A stretch of 54,896 bases of DNA from Gemmatimonadota bacterium. GTDB lineage: Bacteria > Gemmatimonadota > Gemmatimonadetes > Palauibacterales > KS3-K002. Under the pieces are notes generated by a model. That model was not told the origin of the DNA. It worked only from the letters and a program-made list of their open reading frames with translations, and did not search any database. A program made the position numbers and the translations under genes. Location of the stretch: positions 1-54,896 of the forward strand of contig JBDHJS010000031.1 of assembly GCA_039586795.1 (NCBI GenBank), given 5' to 3'. This document shows positions 1 to 8,983 of this stretch, piece after piece. Each line of letters opens with the position of its first letter. Position 1 is the first letter of the stretch.

Positions 1-1
1 T

Positions 2-565
2 CCCGGGGCGGCCTTTCCGCCGACGTACCTCCTGGTGGGGACCTACCGCGGCATCGGTTCCGGGTCCGAAGTGGGGACGCTCGTGACGATCGAGAGGCGA
101 AGCGAGGCTTCGCTTCGGGGAGATATCACCACCCTACTCGTGCATGAGATGGTGCATATGCAGCAAGCGATGGCGATGGGCCCGGAGAAGTACCAGGCCA
201 TCTACGGACCGGAAAAGAGCCTATTGGCGCTCACGATCCGTGAAGGCATTGCGGAGTACTTCGCCAACCAGGTCACCGGCCGCATGACGCAGGAGCGCGC
301 GCGCGGCTTCGTTATAGAGAACGAGGCCGCCTTGTGGGAGCGATTCACGCCCGAGATGCTGGGGACGGACGAAGGCGACTGGATGTGGGGACCGCCCAAA
401 GATCCGGCGCAACCAGCGGGCGTGGGGTACGTGATGGGAGCCTTGATCACCAAGGCATACTATGAGAATGCTGACGACAAGGAACAGGCGATTCGTGACA
501 TCCTGTCGGTCACCGACTATCCCGCCTTCCTGGAACGCAGCGGCTACGAGCCGCGGAGCGACTGA
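2..565 (+). CDS. Putative Zn-dependent protease (DUF2268-like), 5' part outside window
   Basis: Frame is open from base 2; HEMVH (HExxH) motif followed by EGIAEYF and GYVMG, typical of this zincin-like family. Confidence 0.7.
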   Translation, partial: PGAAFPPTYLLVGTYRGIGSGSEVGTLVTIERRSEASLRGDITTLLVHEMVHMQQAMAMGPEKYQAIYGPEKSLLALTIREGIAEYFANQVTGRMTQERARGFVIENEAALWERFTPEMLGTDEGDWMWGPPKDPAQPAGVGYVMGALITKAYYENADDKEQAIRDILSVTDYPAFLERSGYEPRSD

Positions 566-716
566 GTTGAGGGCGGGGGCCTGCTCAATAGTGCGCCGTG
601 CTCAATCGATTACACGGGAAAAGCGCCCGTCGATCGCGTTGCCTCGCACGGTATACGCCCAGATGTAGGCGTACCCCTCGTACACGGAAACCCTACTCCG
701 TTGCATATCATCGTCT

Positions 717-2213
717 TCAATTGTCCACAGCATCACCGGTCACATCCCCTGGCCCGGTACGCGTTGCGCCTCCAGCAGATCCCTGCTTTGCCCCGGCCAC
801 GGGCAGCGTCACGCGGAACTCCGTCCTTTCTGGCTCCGACGTCACGGCGATCAGCCCCTCATGCCGATTCACGAGCCGCTGCGCGATGTCTAGTCCGAGG
901 CCCGTCCCTGACCCCACGGGCTTGGTTGTGAAGAAGGGATCGAAGATCCGGTTCTTCACTTCCGGCAAAATCCCCGGCCCGTCGTCGATCACCCGCACGA
1001 CTACGGAGTCTCCATCACGATCCGCCGTGACCCTCACCTGGCCGCCTTCGCCGACGGCGTCGAGCGCGTTGTCGATCAGGTTCGCCCACACCTGGTTCAG
1101 TTCGCCGCCGAGGCCGTTCACTCGCGGCAGGTCGGTCGCCACCTCCAGCTTCACCTCCGCCGCTTTACCCCGCGCCTTCGCCGCCAACATCGCCAGCGTA
1201 TCGGCGAGCCCTTTCCCCACGTCCACCGCCTCCGACGCCGACCCCTGGTCCATATAGGTGAACGCCTTTACGGCGCTCACCAACTCGTGCACGCGCGAGG
1301 AAGCTTGCTCGATCTCACGTGTCAGTTCCCGCACCGTGCACGCAGCCGCCAGCCAGCGGAGCGCCGCGCCGAGCTTGTCGGCGGAGAGCGCTCCGGCCAG
1401 CCCCGTCAGCGTCTCGAGCTTCAAGTCGGTTTCGGCCAGCGGCGCTGCCAACGACGCGTCAGCGCCCTGTTCCGTCAGCCATTCTATGATCTCCTCCTCA
1501 CGGTCGGCCCGCTCCAGCGGCGACAGGACGCTGCCCGCGGGCGCGGTCATTGAGATGGTCCGCACGTCCTCGAGCAACGCCTGCTCCGACTCGCTCAAAT
1601 CCGCCCGTCCCAGAGCCCGCGATGCTTCATCCGATTCGGCCAGCACCTCCGTCAGGAGCCGCGCGCTCCGCACCGCCGCTGAGGAGGGGTTGTTGAGCTC
1701 GTGCGCCATGCCGGCAGCCAGCTTGCCGAGCGACGCCAGCTTCTCCAGTTGCTGGTCGCTCGACGTGAACTCCCGCGCCCGGTCCAGCATCGCGTGCACG
1801 AGCACCGCTGTCACGTGCGGGCAGGTCACCGGCATGTCCGGCACATGCTGCCGCGGCACGAACAGAGCTTCCATCGCCTCATCGACCACATTGGTTCCCG
1901 ACGCCAATCCCATACGAGAGTACGGGAGCACGCCCGTGACGTCTCCCTCGCCCCAGTCCAGTACCTTGCGCGAGGATCCGCCCCGGTCGGTGTAGTGCGT
2001 CAGACGCCCCTTCAGGATGATGTACATACCGGCGACCTGCTCGCCCTTGCTCGCCGCGTGCTCGCCAACCGCGTAGCGTTCGAACGTTCCGTGTTCCAGC
2101 AGCCAGTCCAGTTCAGCCGCCGGCGCTTCTGAGAGCGTGCGGTGCGCTCGCAGCCGCTCGCGCAGCGCACCCGCGTCTCGTGACCCTGACGGGTCGGGCG
2201 ATGTGTGCGTCAT
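717..2213 (-). CDS. Sensor histidine kinase with N-terminal cNMP-binding domain
   Basis: cNMP-like N-terminus (MYIILKGRL, GEGDVTG); H-box LGKLAAGMAHELNNP; N box NLIDNALDA; G1/F/G2 boxes DDGPGI, FDPFFTTK, GTGLGL. Confidence 0.92.
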   Translation of the reverse strand: MTHTSPDPSGSRDAGALRERLRAHRTLSEAPAAELDWLLEHGTFERYAVGEHAASKGEQVAGMYIILKGRLTHYTDRGGSSRKVLDWGEGDVTGVLPYSRMGLASGTNVVDEAMEALFVPRQHVPDMPVTCPHVTAVLVHAMLDRAREFTSSDQQLEKLASLGKLAAGMAHELNNPSSAAVRSARLLTEVLAESDEASRALGRADLSESEQALLEDVRTISMTAPAGSVLSPLERADREEEIIEWLTEQGADASLAAPLAETDLKLETLTGLAGALSADKLGAALRWLAAACTVRELTREIEQASSRVHELVSAVKAFTYMDQGSASEAVDVGKGLADTLAMLAAKARGKAAEVKLEVATDLPRVNGLGGELNQVWANLIDNALDAVGEGGQVRVTADRDGDSVVVRVIDDGPGILPEVKNRIFDPFFTTKPVGSGTGLGLDIAQRLVNRHEGLIAVTSEPERTEFRVTLPVAGAKQGSAGGATRTGPGDVTGDAVDN

Positions 2214-2251
2214 TGCGTCGCTCTCTCGGCGGACACGTATGTGCGGGACAT
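2210..2251 (-). CDS. 13-aa minigene MSRTYVSAERATQ, coupled to the kinase by an ATGA overlap
   Basis: AGAAGGAA Shine-Dalgarno upstream of ATG at 2251; TGA stop (2212-2210) overlaps kinase ATG (2213-2211). Confidence 0.45.
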   Translation of the reverse strand: MSRTYVSAERATQ

Positions 2252-2311
2252 ATCGGATTCCTTCTCAGCTAGCGTCTGCGGTGATCTTGCGTCAGGAAAG
2301 ATAGATTCCCG

Positions 2312-2794
2312 TCACGCCTCCAGCAGATCTTCCAGATCTAGGGGTCCGGTGAACATAGCGAGCCGACCCTGCTCATCTCGGGGCCAATCTTCCACAGGAC
2401 GATCCCAGTAGAGCTCGATTCCGTTTCCATCGGGATCGCGAAGGTACAGGGCTTCGCTGACTCCATGGTCGGCGGCTCCATCCAAGGTGACCTCGAACTC
2501 CAGTAGGCGTCGAAAGGCAGCCGCTAACGCCGACCGGCTCGGGAAGCGGAACGCCACGTGGTAGAGGCCAGTCGCGGATCGGGGCGGAGGCGCCCCACCC
2601 CGGGAATCCCAGGTGTTCAACCCAACGTGGTGATGGTATCCTCCGGCCCCGAGGAAGGCTGCGGAGTCTCCGATTCGCTGGGTGACCTCGAACCCCAGAA
2701 CGTCAGAGTAGAAAGCGATCGCTCGCTCGAGATCCGCGACCTTTAGATGGACGTGTCCAACGACCGTCTCCGCGTCGATTGGCTCGCGCATCAT
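2312..2794 (-). CDS. VOC/glyoxalase family protein (catechol 2,3-dioxygenase-like)
   Basis: GHVHLKVADLERAIAFY, GGYHHHVGLNTW, GLYHVA, ADHGVSEALYLRDPDGNGIELY. Confidence 0.93.
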   Translation of the reverse strand: MMREPIDAETVVGHVHLKVADLERAIAFYSDVLGFEVTQRIGDSAAFLGAGGYHHHVGLNTWDSRGGAPPPRSATGLYHVAFRFPSRSALAAAFRRLLEFEVTLDGAADHGVSEALYLRDPDGNGIELYWDRPVEDWPRDEQGRLAMFTGPLDLEDLLEA

Positions 2795-3181
2795 CTAGAA
2801 CATCGTGTTGTCGTTCTCAGAATTCTCCGGCACGCGCTGGAGAACGTCCCAGTGCTCCACGATCTTCCCTTCCTCGTCGAGCCGGAAGATGTCGATCCCA
2901 GCCCAGTGATCATCGCCCGGCCACCGCTGGTGGCAATGGAGAACCACGTAGTCACCTTCCGCGATCACGCGTTTGAAGTCTACTCTCTTTCCAGGATACT
3001 CCCTGGCCATTCGCTCGAAGTAGGCGACGAACGCCTCCTTCCCATCCGCCACCTCAGGGTTGTGCTGCCGGTACACTTCGCCAGCATAGCGGTCGATCGC
3101 CTCGGCGGGCCGACACTCGTTGAACATGAGGTCGTAAAACGCCGTAGCGTTCGCCTTGTTTCGCTCGAGTCGTTCGCTCAT
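2795..3181 (-). CDS. SnoaL-like / NTF2 family protein
   Basis: [43 protein letters not shown]; start placed at ATG 3181 after GGGAGA. Confidence 0.88.
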   Translation of the reverse strand: MSERLERNKANATAFYDLMFNECRPAEAIDRYAGEVYRQHNPEVADGKEAFVAYFERMAREYPGKRVDFKRVIAEGDYVVLHCHQRWPGDDHWAGIDIFRLDEEGKIVEHWDVLQRVPENSENDNTMF

Positions 3182-3292
3182 CGGTCTCCCAGCCGGCTCT
3201 GTTGTCAAGAAATGGGTCCTTCCCATTTTGCCACCAGCGAGCCCTCACAGCACAACCACCTCCAGCATCAACTCTTGCACTTGGACAGCTCC

Positions 3293-3700
3293 TCAAGCCC
3301 GCTCGTCAGGCGATTGACGCTCTCCGTATTTTTCCAGGTTCTCTCCCTCAGGGCTCAAGGTCTTCAGCCGCACAAGATAGAAAGTGACACTGCTCGCAAC
3401 GACGAGCAGAACAGCACTCACCCACCATAGCGGTATGACAAACCCGACCACATACCCAATTGTCAGCCACAGAAGCAGGATTGTAAGCACCTTCTGCCGC
3501 AGCGGTATCCCTTTTCCTTCTCGATAGTTCTTGATGTAATCTCCAAACCAGCGACTGGTTGTTAACCAATGATAGAAGCGCTCTGAGCTACGAGCATAGC
3601 ACGCCGCAGCCAACAACAGGAACGGAGTCGTCGGCAAGACGGGAAGGAAGATGCCAAGTACGCCCAGCGTCACGCTCAGCGTACCGGCGACAATCAGCAA
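3293..3700 (-). CDS. YbaN / DUF454 family membrane protein (start codon uncertain)
   Basis: LGVLGIFLPVLPTTPFLLLAAACYARSS signature. Confidence 0.9.
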   Translation of the reverse strand: MLIVAGTLSVTLGVLGIFLPVLPTTPFLLLAAACYARSSERFYHWLTTSRWFGDYIKNYREGKGIPLRQKVLTILLLWLTIGYVVGFVIPLWWVSAVLLVVASSVTFYLVRLKTLSPEGENLEKYGERQSPDERA

Positions 3701-3844
3701 TGCTCTCTTCAGGCTTACTGTTCCTATCTCCCACCACCTCCATTATAGAGAAACCAAGATACAGCGCATTCGGATCCTACGACCGATGCCGGATCACGAT
3801 GCCGACACGGAGCGCGAGCTGCAAGGCGAGTTCTGCTGATCCAC

Positions 3845-3930
3845 ACAGCTCGCCGCGCAAGATCTGCCCGGCGCCCCGCACTACGTATCGGTTCCACCCA
3901 ACCAGGTGAGCCACGATGTCCTGCACCGCC
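3845..3930 (-). pseudogene. Fragment resembling a DinB/ClbS-DfsB four-helix-bundle protein
   Basis: Translates to VQDIVAHLVGWNRYVVRGAGQILRGEL, resembling the DxxAHLxxW motif; no proper start and no continuation. Confidence 0.45.
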
Positions 3931-4016
3931 CTGCCGACTGGCTGTTTATTGCGGACTGTTAACCCTGGAATCGTTGAAATGCCGCTGCGGAGGGTGTGTG
4001 CTACTGGAGAATCCAA

Positions 4017-4090
4017 TCGGGACGGCGGGATTCGAACCCGCGACCTCCTGAACCCCATTCAGGCGCGCTACCGGACTGCGCCACGTCCCG
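4017..4090 (-). tRNA. tRNA-Pro(GGG)
   Basis: CGGGACGTGGCGCAG...CCTGA-ATGGGGT-TCAGG...GGTTCGAATCC; CCA not encoded. Confidence 0.97.
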
Positions 4091-4099
4091 GAGAAGGTC

Positions 4100-4191
4100 G
4101 GTAAGGAGTAAGGGGTGAAGGGTAAGGGGTGGCGAGTACGAGGAGCGGGCCTCGTTAGTCGCTCCTTACTCCTGACACCTTACTCCTTACC
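4100..4191. repeat. Mirrored heptamer arrays (RGTAAGG)n ... (CCTTACY)n between the two tRNA-Pro genes
   Basis: GGTAAGG AGTAAGG GGTGAAG GGTAAGG at 4100-4127; CCTTACT CCTGACA CCTTACT CCTTACC at 4164-4191. Confidence 0.85.
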
Positions 4192-4196
4192 TACAG

Positions 4197-4270
4197 TCGG
4201 GGAGGCGGGATTTGAACCCGCGGCCTCTGCGACCCGAACGCAGCGCTCTTCCGGGCTGAGCTACTCCCCG
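4197..4270 (-). tRNA. tRNA-Pro(CGG)
   Basis: CGGGGAGTAGCTCAG...CTGCG-TTCGGGT-CGCAG...GGTTCAAATCC. Confidence 0.97.
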
Positions 4271-4278
4271 TGAAAATC

Positions 4279-4348
4279 GGTAAGTGGTAAGTGGTGACAA
4301 GTCGACTTGCGACCGTCTACCGTCCACCGTCCACCGTCTACTGTCTAC
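4279..4348. repeat. Ten in-phase degenerate heptamers (GGTAAGT grading into CGTCYAC)
   Basis: GGTAAGT GGTAAGT GGTGACA AGTCGAC TTGCGAC CGTCTAC CGTCCAC CGTCCAC CGTCTAC TGTCTAC. Confidence 0.85.
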
Positions 4349-4351
4349 GAG

Positions 4352-4424
4352 AGCGGGCGACCGGGCTCGAACCGGCGACCTCAACCTTGGCAAGGTTGCG
4401 CTCTACCAACTGAGCTACGCCCGC
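4352..4424 (-). tRNA. tRNA-Gly(GCC)
   Basis: GCGGGCGTAGCTCAGTTGGTAGAGCG, CAACC-TTGCCAA-GGTTG, GGTTCGAGCCC. Confidence 0.97.
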
Positions 4425-4443
4425 GCAGGGACAGACCCCTGAG

Positions 4444-4515
4444 AGCCACCGGTGGGAATCGAACCCACAACCCCATCATTACGAATGATGTGCTCTACCG
4501 TTGAGCTACGGTGGC
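4444..4515 (-). tRNA. tRNA-Thr(CGT)
   Basis: GCCACCGTAGCTCAACGGTAGAGCA, CATCA-TTCGTAA-TGATG, GGTTCGATTCC. Confidence 0.97.
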
Positions 4516-4527
4516 GCCGGGAACGGC

Positions 4528-4556
4528 AATCTATCCGGGGGTTTCCGGAGGGTCAA
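4528..4556 (-). promoter_or_regulatory. Sigma70-type promoter of the Thr-Gly-Pro-Pro tRNA operon
   Basis: TTGACC (4556-4551), 17-nt spacer, TAGATT (4533-4528), 12 nt upstream of tRNA-Thr. Confidence 0.8.
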
Positions 4557-5641
4557 GCCGCCGAACCGGGCCCATAGGCCAGTTCGACCGCCGGATGGAT
4601 GGAGGCCGGAAGCTCGGCCGAGAACTCCTTCTGCCGAGCGATCAGGAAGGCCTGGATAACGGCGGGATCGAACTGAGTGCCGGAGCAGCGCTTCAACTCC
4701 TCGACCGCCAGATCCTCCGAGCGGCCGGAGCGATAGGGCCGATCCGTCAGCATGGCGTCGAACGCGTCGGCCACGGCCAGGATTCGACCCTCGACGCAGA
4801 TCTCGTCGCCGTTCAGCTCGCCGGGATAGCCCCTGCCGTCCCAGCGTTCCTGGTGATGGAGGATGGCCCGAGAAGCCGGCACGAGGAAGGAGATGCGCTC
4901 GACGATCCGCACGCCCAGCTCGGGGTGCCGCTTGATCTCGTCGTATTCCTCTTCGGTGAGGGGGCCCGGCTTGTTCAGAATCGCATCAGGGATGGCCAGC
5001 TTGCCCACGTCGTGGAACAGCGAACCCAACCAGAGGTTCCACATCTGCTGCTGGTCCAACCCCATCTCCGCTCCGGTGGAGAGAGCGTAGCGCGTAACCC
5101 GAGAGACGTGGCCGCCGGTGTAGCGGTCTCGTGCCTCGATGGCCGCGGCGAGGGCCGCCAGACCGTCGAGGAAGAGCCGCTCGATCTGTTTCGCCTGCTT
5201 GCGGACCTGCGCCTCTAACTCGCTGCTGTAGCGTCGGTTCTCCCGGATCAGGAACCGATGCTCCAGCGCCCGGTTCACCGCGTGGCTCAGCTGGCTGAGC
5301 TCGAACGGCTTGATCAGGAAATCGTCGACCTGCGACCGGATCGCTTCCACGGCGGATCCCACATCGGGATTACCCGTGATCAGGATCACCTGGATCTCGG
5401 GATCGTGCTGCTTGACCAGCTTGAGCAGCTCGAGCCCCGACATCTCTGGCATCTTGACGTCGGTGACGACCACGTCGAACTCCGTCTCTTCCAGCCGCTC
5501 CATCGCTTCTGCCGCGGACGTCGCTGTGACGCAGCGGTGTCCGTCGATCTCCAGCTGGATCGAGCAAACGCTGGTGATGGCCTGCTCGTCGTCGACGATA
5601 AGTATGGCGGCGGGCCTGGGGTCGTCAGCGGCGGAACTCAT
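4553..5641 (-). CDS. Response regulator with HD-GYP cyclic-dinucleotide phosphodiesterase domain (RpfG-like)
   Basis: REC domain (ILIVDDE, VTDVKMP, FLIKPF) plus FHDVGK, HHQERWDGRGYP, VADAFDAM, RPYR. Confidence 0.95.
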   Translation of the reverse strand: MSSAADDPRPAAILIVDDEQAITSVCSIQLEIDGHRCVTATSAAEAMERLEETEFDVVVTDVKMPEMSGLELLKLVKQHDPEIQVILITGNPDVGSAVEAIRSQVDDFLIKPFELSQLSHAVNRALEHRFLIRENRRYSSELEAQVRKQAKQIERLFLDGLAALAAAIEARDRYTGGHVSRVTRYALSTGAEMGLDQQQMWNLWLGSLFHDVGKLAIPDAILNKPGPLTEEEYDEIKRHPELGVRIVERISFLVPASRAILHHQERWDGRGYPGELNGDEICVEGRILAVADAFDAMLTDRPYRSGRSEDLAVEELKRCSGTQFDPAVIQAFLIARQKEFSAELPASIHPAVELAYGPGSAA

Positions 5642-5757
5642 CCGGCGATCCTCATGGGTTTGCGGGAATTGTGCTGTCAGAAGGCCAACCAGGGAATGGT
5701 ACTGAAAAACGGGGGATGTTAGCGGGATGTGAAGTATAGCACGTTTGGGAAGTTCCC

Positions 5758-5890
5758 GGTAGGGGGTGGGGGTTCGGGGATTCGGGGGTTACGAGATTCT
5801 GGCATTCTACAATCTGGGCGCTCCCATCTTACCCCCGACCCCCCTACCCTCTACCGTCTACCGTCCACCGTCTACCGTCCACCGTCTACA
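5758..5890. repeat. G-rich and C-rich short repeats plus a (GTCYACC)n heptamer array in a divergent promoter region
   Basis: CTCTACC GTCTACC GTCCACC GTCTACC GTCCACC GTCTACA at 5849-5890; G-rich run 5758-5790 is roughly complementary to the C-rich run 5828-5850. Confidence 0.8.
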
Positions 5891-5910
5891 GCCTTAAGTT
5901 ACGCCTCAAC

Positions 5911-6279
5911 ATGATCCGACTCTTCTTTTCCATCGGAGCGGCATCCGCACTAATCGGCGTCGCCGCAGGGGCGTTTGGGGCGCATGGACTGCGCGATCGA
6001 TTGACGCCCGATCTGCTGGCGGTTTGGGAGACGGCGGTGCGGTATCAGCTGTATCACGCGCTGGCTCTGTTCGCCGTGGCCTGGGCGCTTTCGCGTTGGC
6101 CGGGACGCGCCGGAGAGGCGGCGGGTTGGCTATTCGTGGTCGGGACGGTGCTGTTCTCGGGGAGTCTATACGCGCTCAGCTTGAGCGGGCAGCGCTGGTT
6201 GGGGGCGATCACGCCGCTGGGGGGCGTGGCGTTTCTGGCCGGCTGGGCGTGTCTGATCTGGACGGCGATTCGGGGATGA
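5911..6279 (+). CDS. DUF423 (YgdD/TMEM256) membrane protein
   Basis: GAFGAHGL, WETAVRYQLYHALAL, LFSGSLY, GAITPLGG. Confidence 0.95.
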   Translation: MIRLFFSIGAASALIGVAAGAFGAHGLRDRLTPDLLAVWETAVRYQLYHALALFAVAWALSRWPGRAGEAAGWLFVVGTVLFSGSLYALSLSGQRWLGAITPLGGVAFLAGWACLIWTAIRG

Positions 6280-6289
6280 CCGGGGCACC

Positions 6290-8341
6290 ATGCTGAAGGC
6301 CACCATCGACTGGTTGAGGGACGCCCACCGCCGCGCTCGCCAGACCGAACACGCCTACATGATCGTGGTCGCCGTGGTTATCGGCCTGGGCGGCGGACTA
6401 GTCACCGTGGCGTTTCGGTTGCTCATCGAATGGGTCAACGTGTTCGCCTGGGGCGAAGGGCCGGTGACGCTGGCCCACCTGGCTGCGCTGCCGTGGTACT
6501 GGAAGCTCGCGGCGCCGGCGGCCGGCGGCTTGCTGGTTGGGCTCATCACCTGGCGCTTTGCGCCCGAGGCGAAGGGTCACGGCGTGCCCGAGGTGATGGA
6601 GGCGGTAGCGCTGCGCGGCGGCCGCATCCGACCCCGGGTGGTCCTCGGGCGTATGTTTGCCTCTGCCGTCTGCATCGGCACGGGCGGCTCGGTAGGCCGG
6701 GAAGGACCCATCGTCCAGGTCGGTTCGGCGCTGGGCTCGACGATCGGGCAATGGCTGAACGTGGATCGTCGGCGAATGCGGACGTTGGTCGGGTGCGGCG
6801 CGGCGGCGGGCATCGCCGGCACGTTCAACGCGCCGGTGGCCGGCGCGTTGTTCGCCCTCGAGATCATCCTCGGCGACTTCGGCGTCGCGCAGTTCTCGCC
6901 TATCGTCATCTCCTCGGTGGCCGCGACGGTGGTCAGCCGTCACTACCTGGGCGACTTCCCCGCTTTCGAGGTCCCGGCATACAGCCTGGTCCACCCGTCG
7001 GAACTCTTCGCCTACGCGGCCCTGGGCATCGCGGCGGGTCTGGTGGCGATCGCCTACATCCGCACGCTGTACAAAGTCGAAGACGGCTTCGACCGGCTGC
7101 GCATCCCGGCGCTCTCCAAGGCGGTCATCGGTGGGGCGCTGATCGGGTCGATCGGCCTGTTGGCGCCGCAGGTGTTCGGCGGTGGTTACGAGCCGATCAC
7201 CCAGGCGCTGCTCGGCGACCTCACCTGGAAGTTCATGCTCGCCCTGGTGGTGCTGAAGATCATCGCCGTCTCGATCACCATCGGTTCCGGCGGTTCGGGC
7301 GGTGTGTTCGCGCCTTCGCTGTTCATCGGCGCGATGCTGGGCGGCGCGGCGGGCACCGTCGCTACGCTGATCTGGCCGACGGCGACGGCCGGGACCGGCG
7401 CCTACGCGCTGGTCGGCATGGGCGCCGTGGTGGCGGCGGCGACGCACGCGCCGATCACGGCCATCCTTATCATCTTCGAGATGACCGGGGACTACAAGAT
7501 CATTCTGCCGTTGATGATCAGCTGCATCATCGCCACGCTGCTGGCGATGCGTCTACAGCGTGCCTCGATCTACACGATGAAACTGCTGCGCCGTGGCGTC
7601 GACGTACATCGCGGACGCGCGATCAACGTGCTACAACACGTACTCGTTCGAGAGGCGATGCGTCGCGACTTCGTCACGGTATCGCCCGAACAGGGGCTCG
7701 CGTCGCTCATCTCCACATACGTCGACCACCCGGGCACCACGATGTTCGTTGTCGATGAAAACGGCGAACTGGAGGGCATCATCACCGCGGATCAGATCGG
7801 GCCGGTGATGCGGGATCCGGCCGTTTTCGGCTCGTTGATCATCGCCGAAGATGTGATGATCGAGAGTGATTTCCCGAGAGTCTCCGCCAACGATTCGTTG
7901 GCCGATGTAATGAAACACCTCAGCGCCTATCGCGGCGAGGTGCCGGTGATGGAGAGCGGCCAGCTGGTGGGCACGATCTGGCCGGAGGACGTCATCTCCC
8001 GCTACAACACCGAGGTGTTCAAGCGGGACATGGCGGGCAGCATGGCCGCCGCCGTGAGCCGCGACGCGTCGTCCGAGTTGATGCCGGCGACGGGCGACGC
8101 CGTGGTCGGCGAGGTGACGGTACCGCCTGACTTCTACGGCAAGACGATCCGCGAGCTGGACATCCGGCAGGCGTACAGCGCCAGCGTGCTGGTCATCAAG
8201 CAGACGACGAGCGACGAAGAAGAGCGGGTGATCACGTCGATCGATCCCGACTACGCGTTCGTACCGGGAGACGTGGTATTGGTGCTAACGTCGAGCGCGG
8301 GGCTGAGGAGGTTGAGGTTGGGGTTGCCGGTTAGGAAGTAG
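6290..8341 (+). CDS. ClC chloride channel/antiporter with CBS pair and C-terminal TrkA-C (RCK_C)-like domain
   Basis: GHGVPE, GREGP, FNAPVAG, FALE, GGVFAP, SIYT; CBS repeats; GKTIRELDIR..PGDVVLV. Confidence 0.93.
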   Translation: MLKATIDWLRDAHRRARQTEHAYMIVVAVVIGLGGGLVTVAFRLLIEWVNVFAWGEGPVTLAHLAALPWYWKLAAPAAGGLLVGLITWRFAPEAKGHGVPEVMEAVALRGGRIRPRVVLGRMFASAVCIGTGGSVGREGPIVQVGSALGSTIGQWLNVDRRRMRTLVGCGAAAGIAGTFNAPVAGALFALEIILGDFGVAQFSPIVISSVAATVVSRHYLGDFPAFEVPAYSLVHPSELFAYAALGIAAGLVAIAYIRTLYKVEDGFDRLRIPALSKAVIGGALIGSIGLLAPQVFGGGYEPITQALLGDLTWKFMLALVVLKIIAVSITIGSGGSGGVFAPSLFIGAMLGGAAGTVATLIWPTATAGTGAYALVGMGAVVAAATHAPITAILIIFEMTGDYKIILPLMISCIIATLLAMRLQRASIYTMKLLRRGVDVHRGRAINVLQHVLVREAMRRDFVTVSPEQGLASLISTYVDHPGTTMFVVDENGELEGIITADQIGPVMRDPAVFGSLIIAEDVMIESDFPRVSANDSLADVMKHLSAYRGEVPVMESGQLVGTIWPEDVISRYNTEVFKRDMAGSMAAAVSRDASSELMPATGDAVVGEVTVPPDFYGKTIRELDIRQAYSASVLVIKQTTSDEEERVITSIDPDYAFVPGDVVLVLTSSAGLRRLRLGLPVRK

Positions 8342-8377
8342 GGGGTAGGGGATCGGGAGTTGGGAGTAGGGGGTTAG
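8337..8377. repeat. Heptamer array filling the gap between the convergent ClC and Uma2 genes
   Basis: AGTAGGG GGTAGGG GATCGGG AGTTGGG AGTAGGG GGTTAG. Confidence 0.8.
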
Positions 8378-8916
8378 AGGAATGTGGTGACCTCCGTGCG
8401 GAAGCCGGGGACGACGTTCTCGCCATCGATGTAGTCAGACTCAGAGAGTAGCGATTCGGTGCCGTCGGCGCGGTAGGCGTGTAGGATCCGCCGTTTCGGG
8501 TCGATCACCCAGACCAGTTGGACGCCTGCTTCCAGCCAGTCTCCCACCTTTGACAGCACTGCGCCCGGACGCTCGTCAGGGGACAGCACTTCCACCACGA
8601 GGTCGGGGGCGATCTCGGCGAAGCCCTCGGGCTCCGGGTCCGGGATGTTCTGTTTCGCGATGAAGGCAGCATCGGGGGCGCGGACCGTGTCAGGGCCACG
8701 GGCCAGGGTGAAGCCGGTCTCCGCGGCTAACACGACACCCAGATCGTTGGCATTCACATGCTCAGCCAGGGCGCGCCCGACTTCAGCTGCGACGCGGCCG
8801 TGAAGGTAGCCGGCGGGCTCTCGTACCACGAGGCGGCCTCGAACAAGCTCCGTACGCTTGTCGGGTACATTCAGCGCGAGAAGTTCTTCCGCGGTCATGA
8901 GGTCTGGGGGACTCAT
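8374..8916 (-). CDS. Uma2 family PD-(D/E)xK endonuclease
   Basis: ELVRGRL, HGRVA, VRAPDAAF, APDLVVEVLSP, AGVQLVWVIDP; start at ATG 8916 or 8898. Confidence 0.93.
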   Translation of the reverse strand: MSPPDLMTAEELLALNVPDKRTELVRGRLVVREPAGYLHGRVAAEVGRALAEHVNANDLGVVLAAETGFTLARGPDTVRAPDAAFIAKQNIPDPEPEGFAEIAPDLVVEVLSPDERPGAVLSKVGDWLEAGVQLVWVIDPKRRILHAYRADGTESLLSESDYIDGENVVPGFRTEVTTFL

Positions 8917-8983
8917 AGTCCCAAGGTAGTTTCGTTCCGTTGACATGGCGAGCACATAGTGACGTCGCCGTATCAACAGATCC

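Noticed and set aside
4100..5890. Short repeat arrays as a possible CRISPR
   Set aside because: Units are 7-nt tandem repeats with no unique spacers, and no cas genes are in the window
6398..7758. Long alternative-frame ORFs overlapping real genes (also 16335-17594, 17255-18508 and others)
   Set aside because: Arg/Gly/Pro-rich shadow frames expected in high-GC DNA; the overlapping frame has clear family motifs
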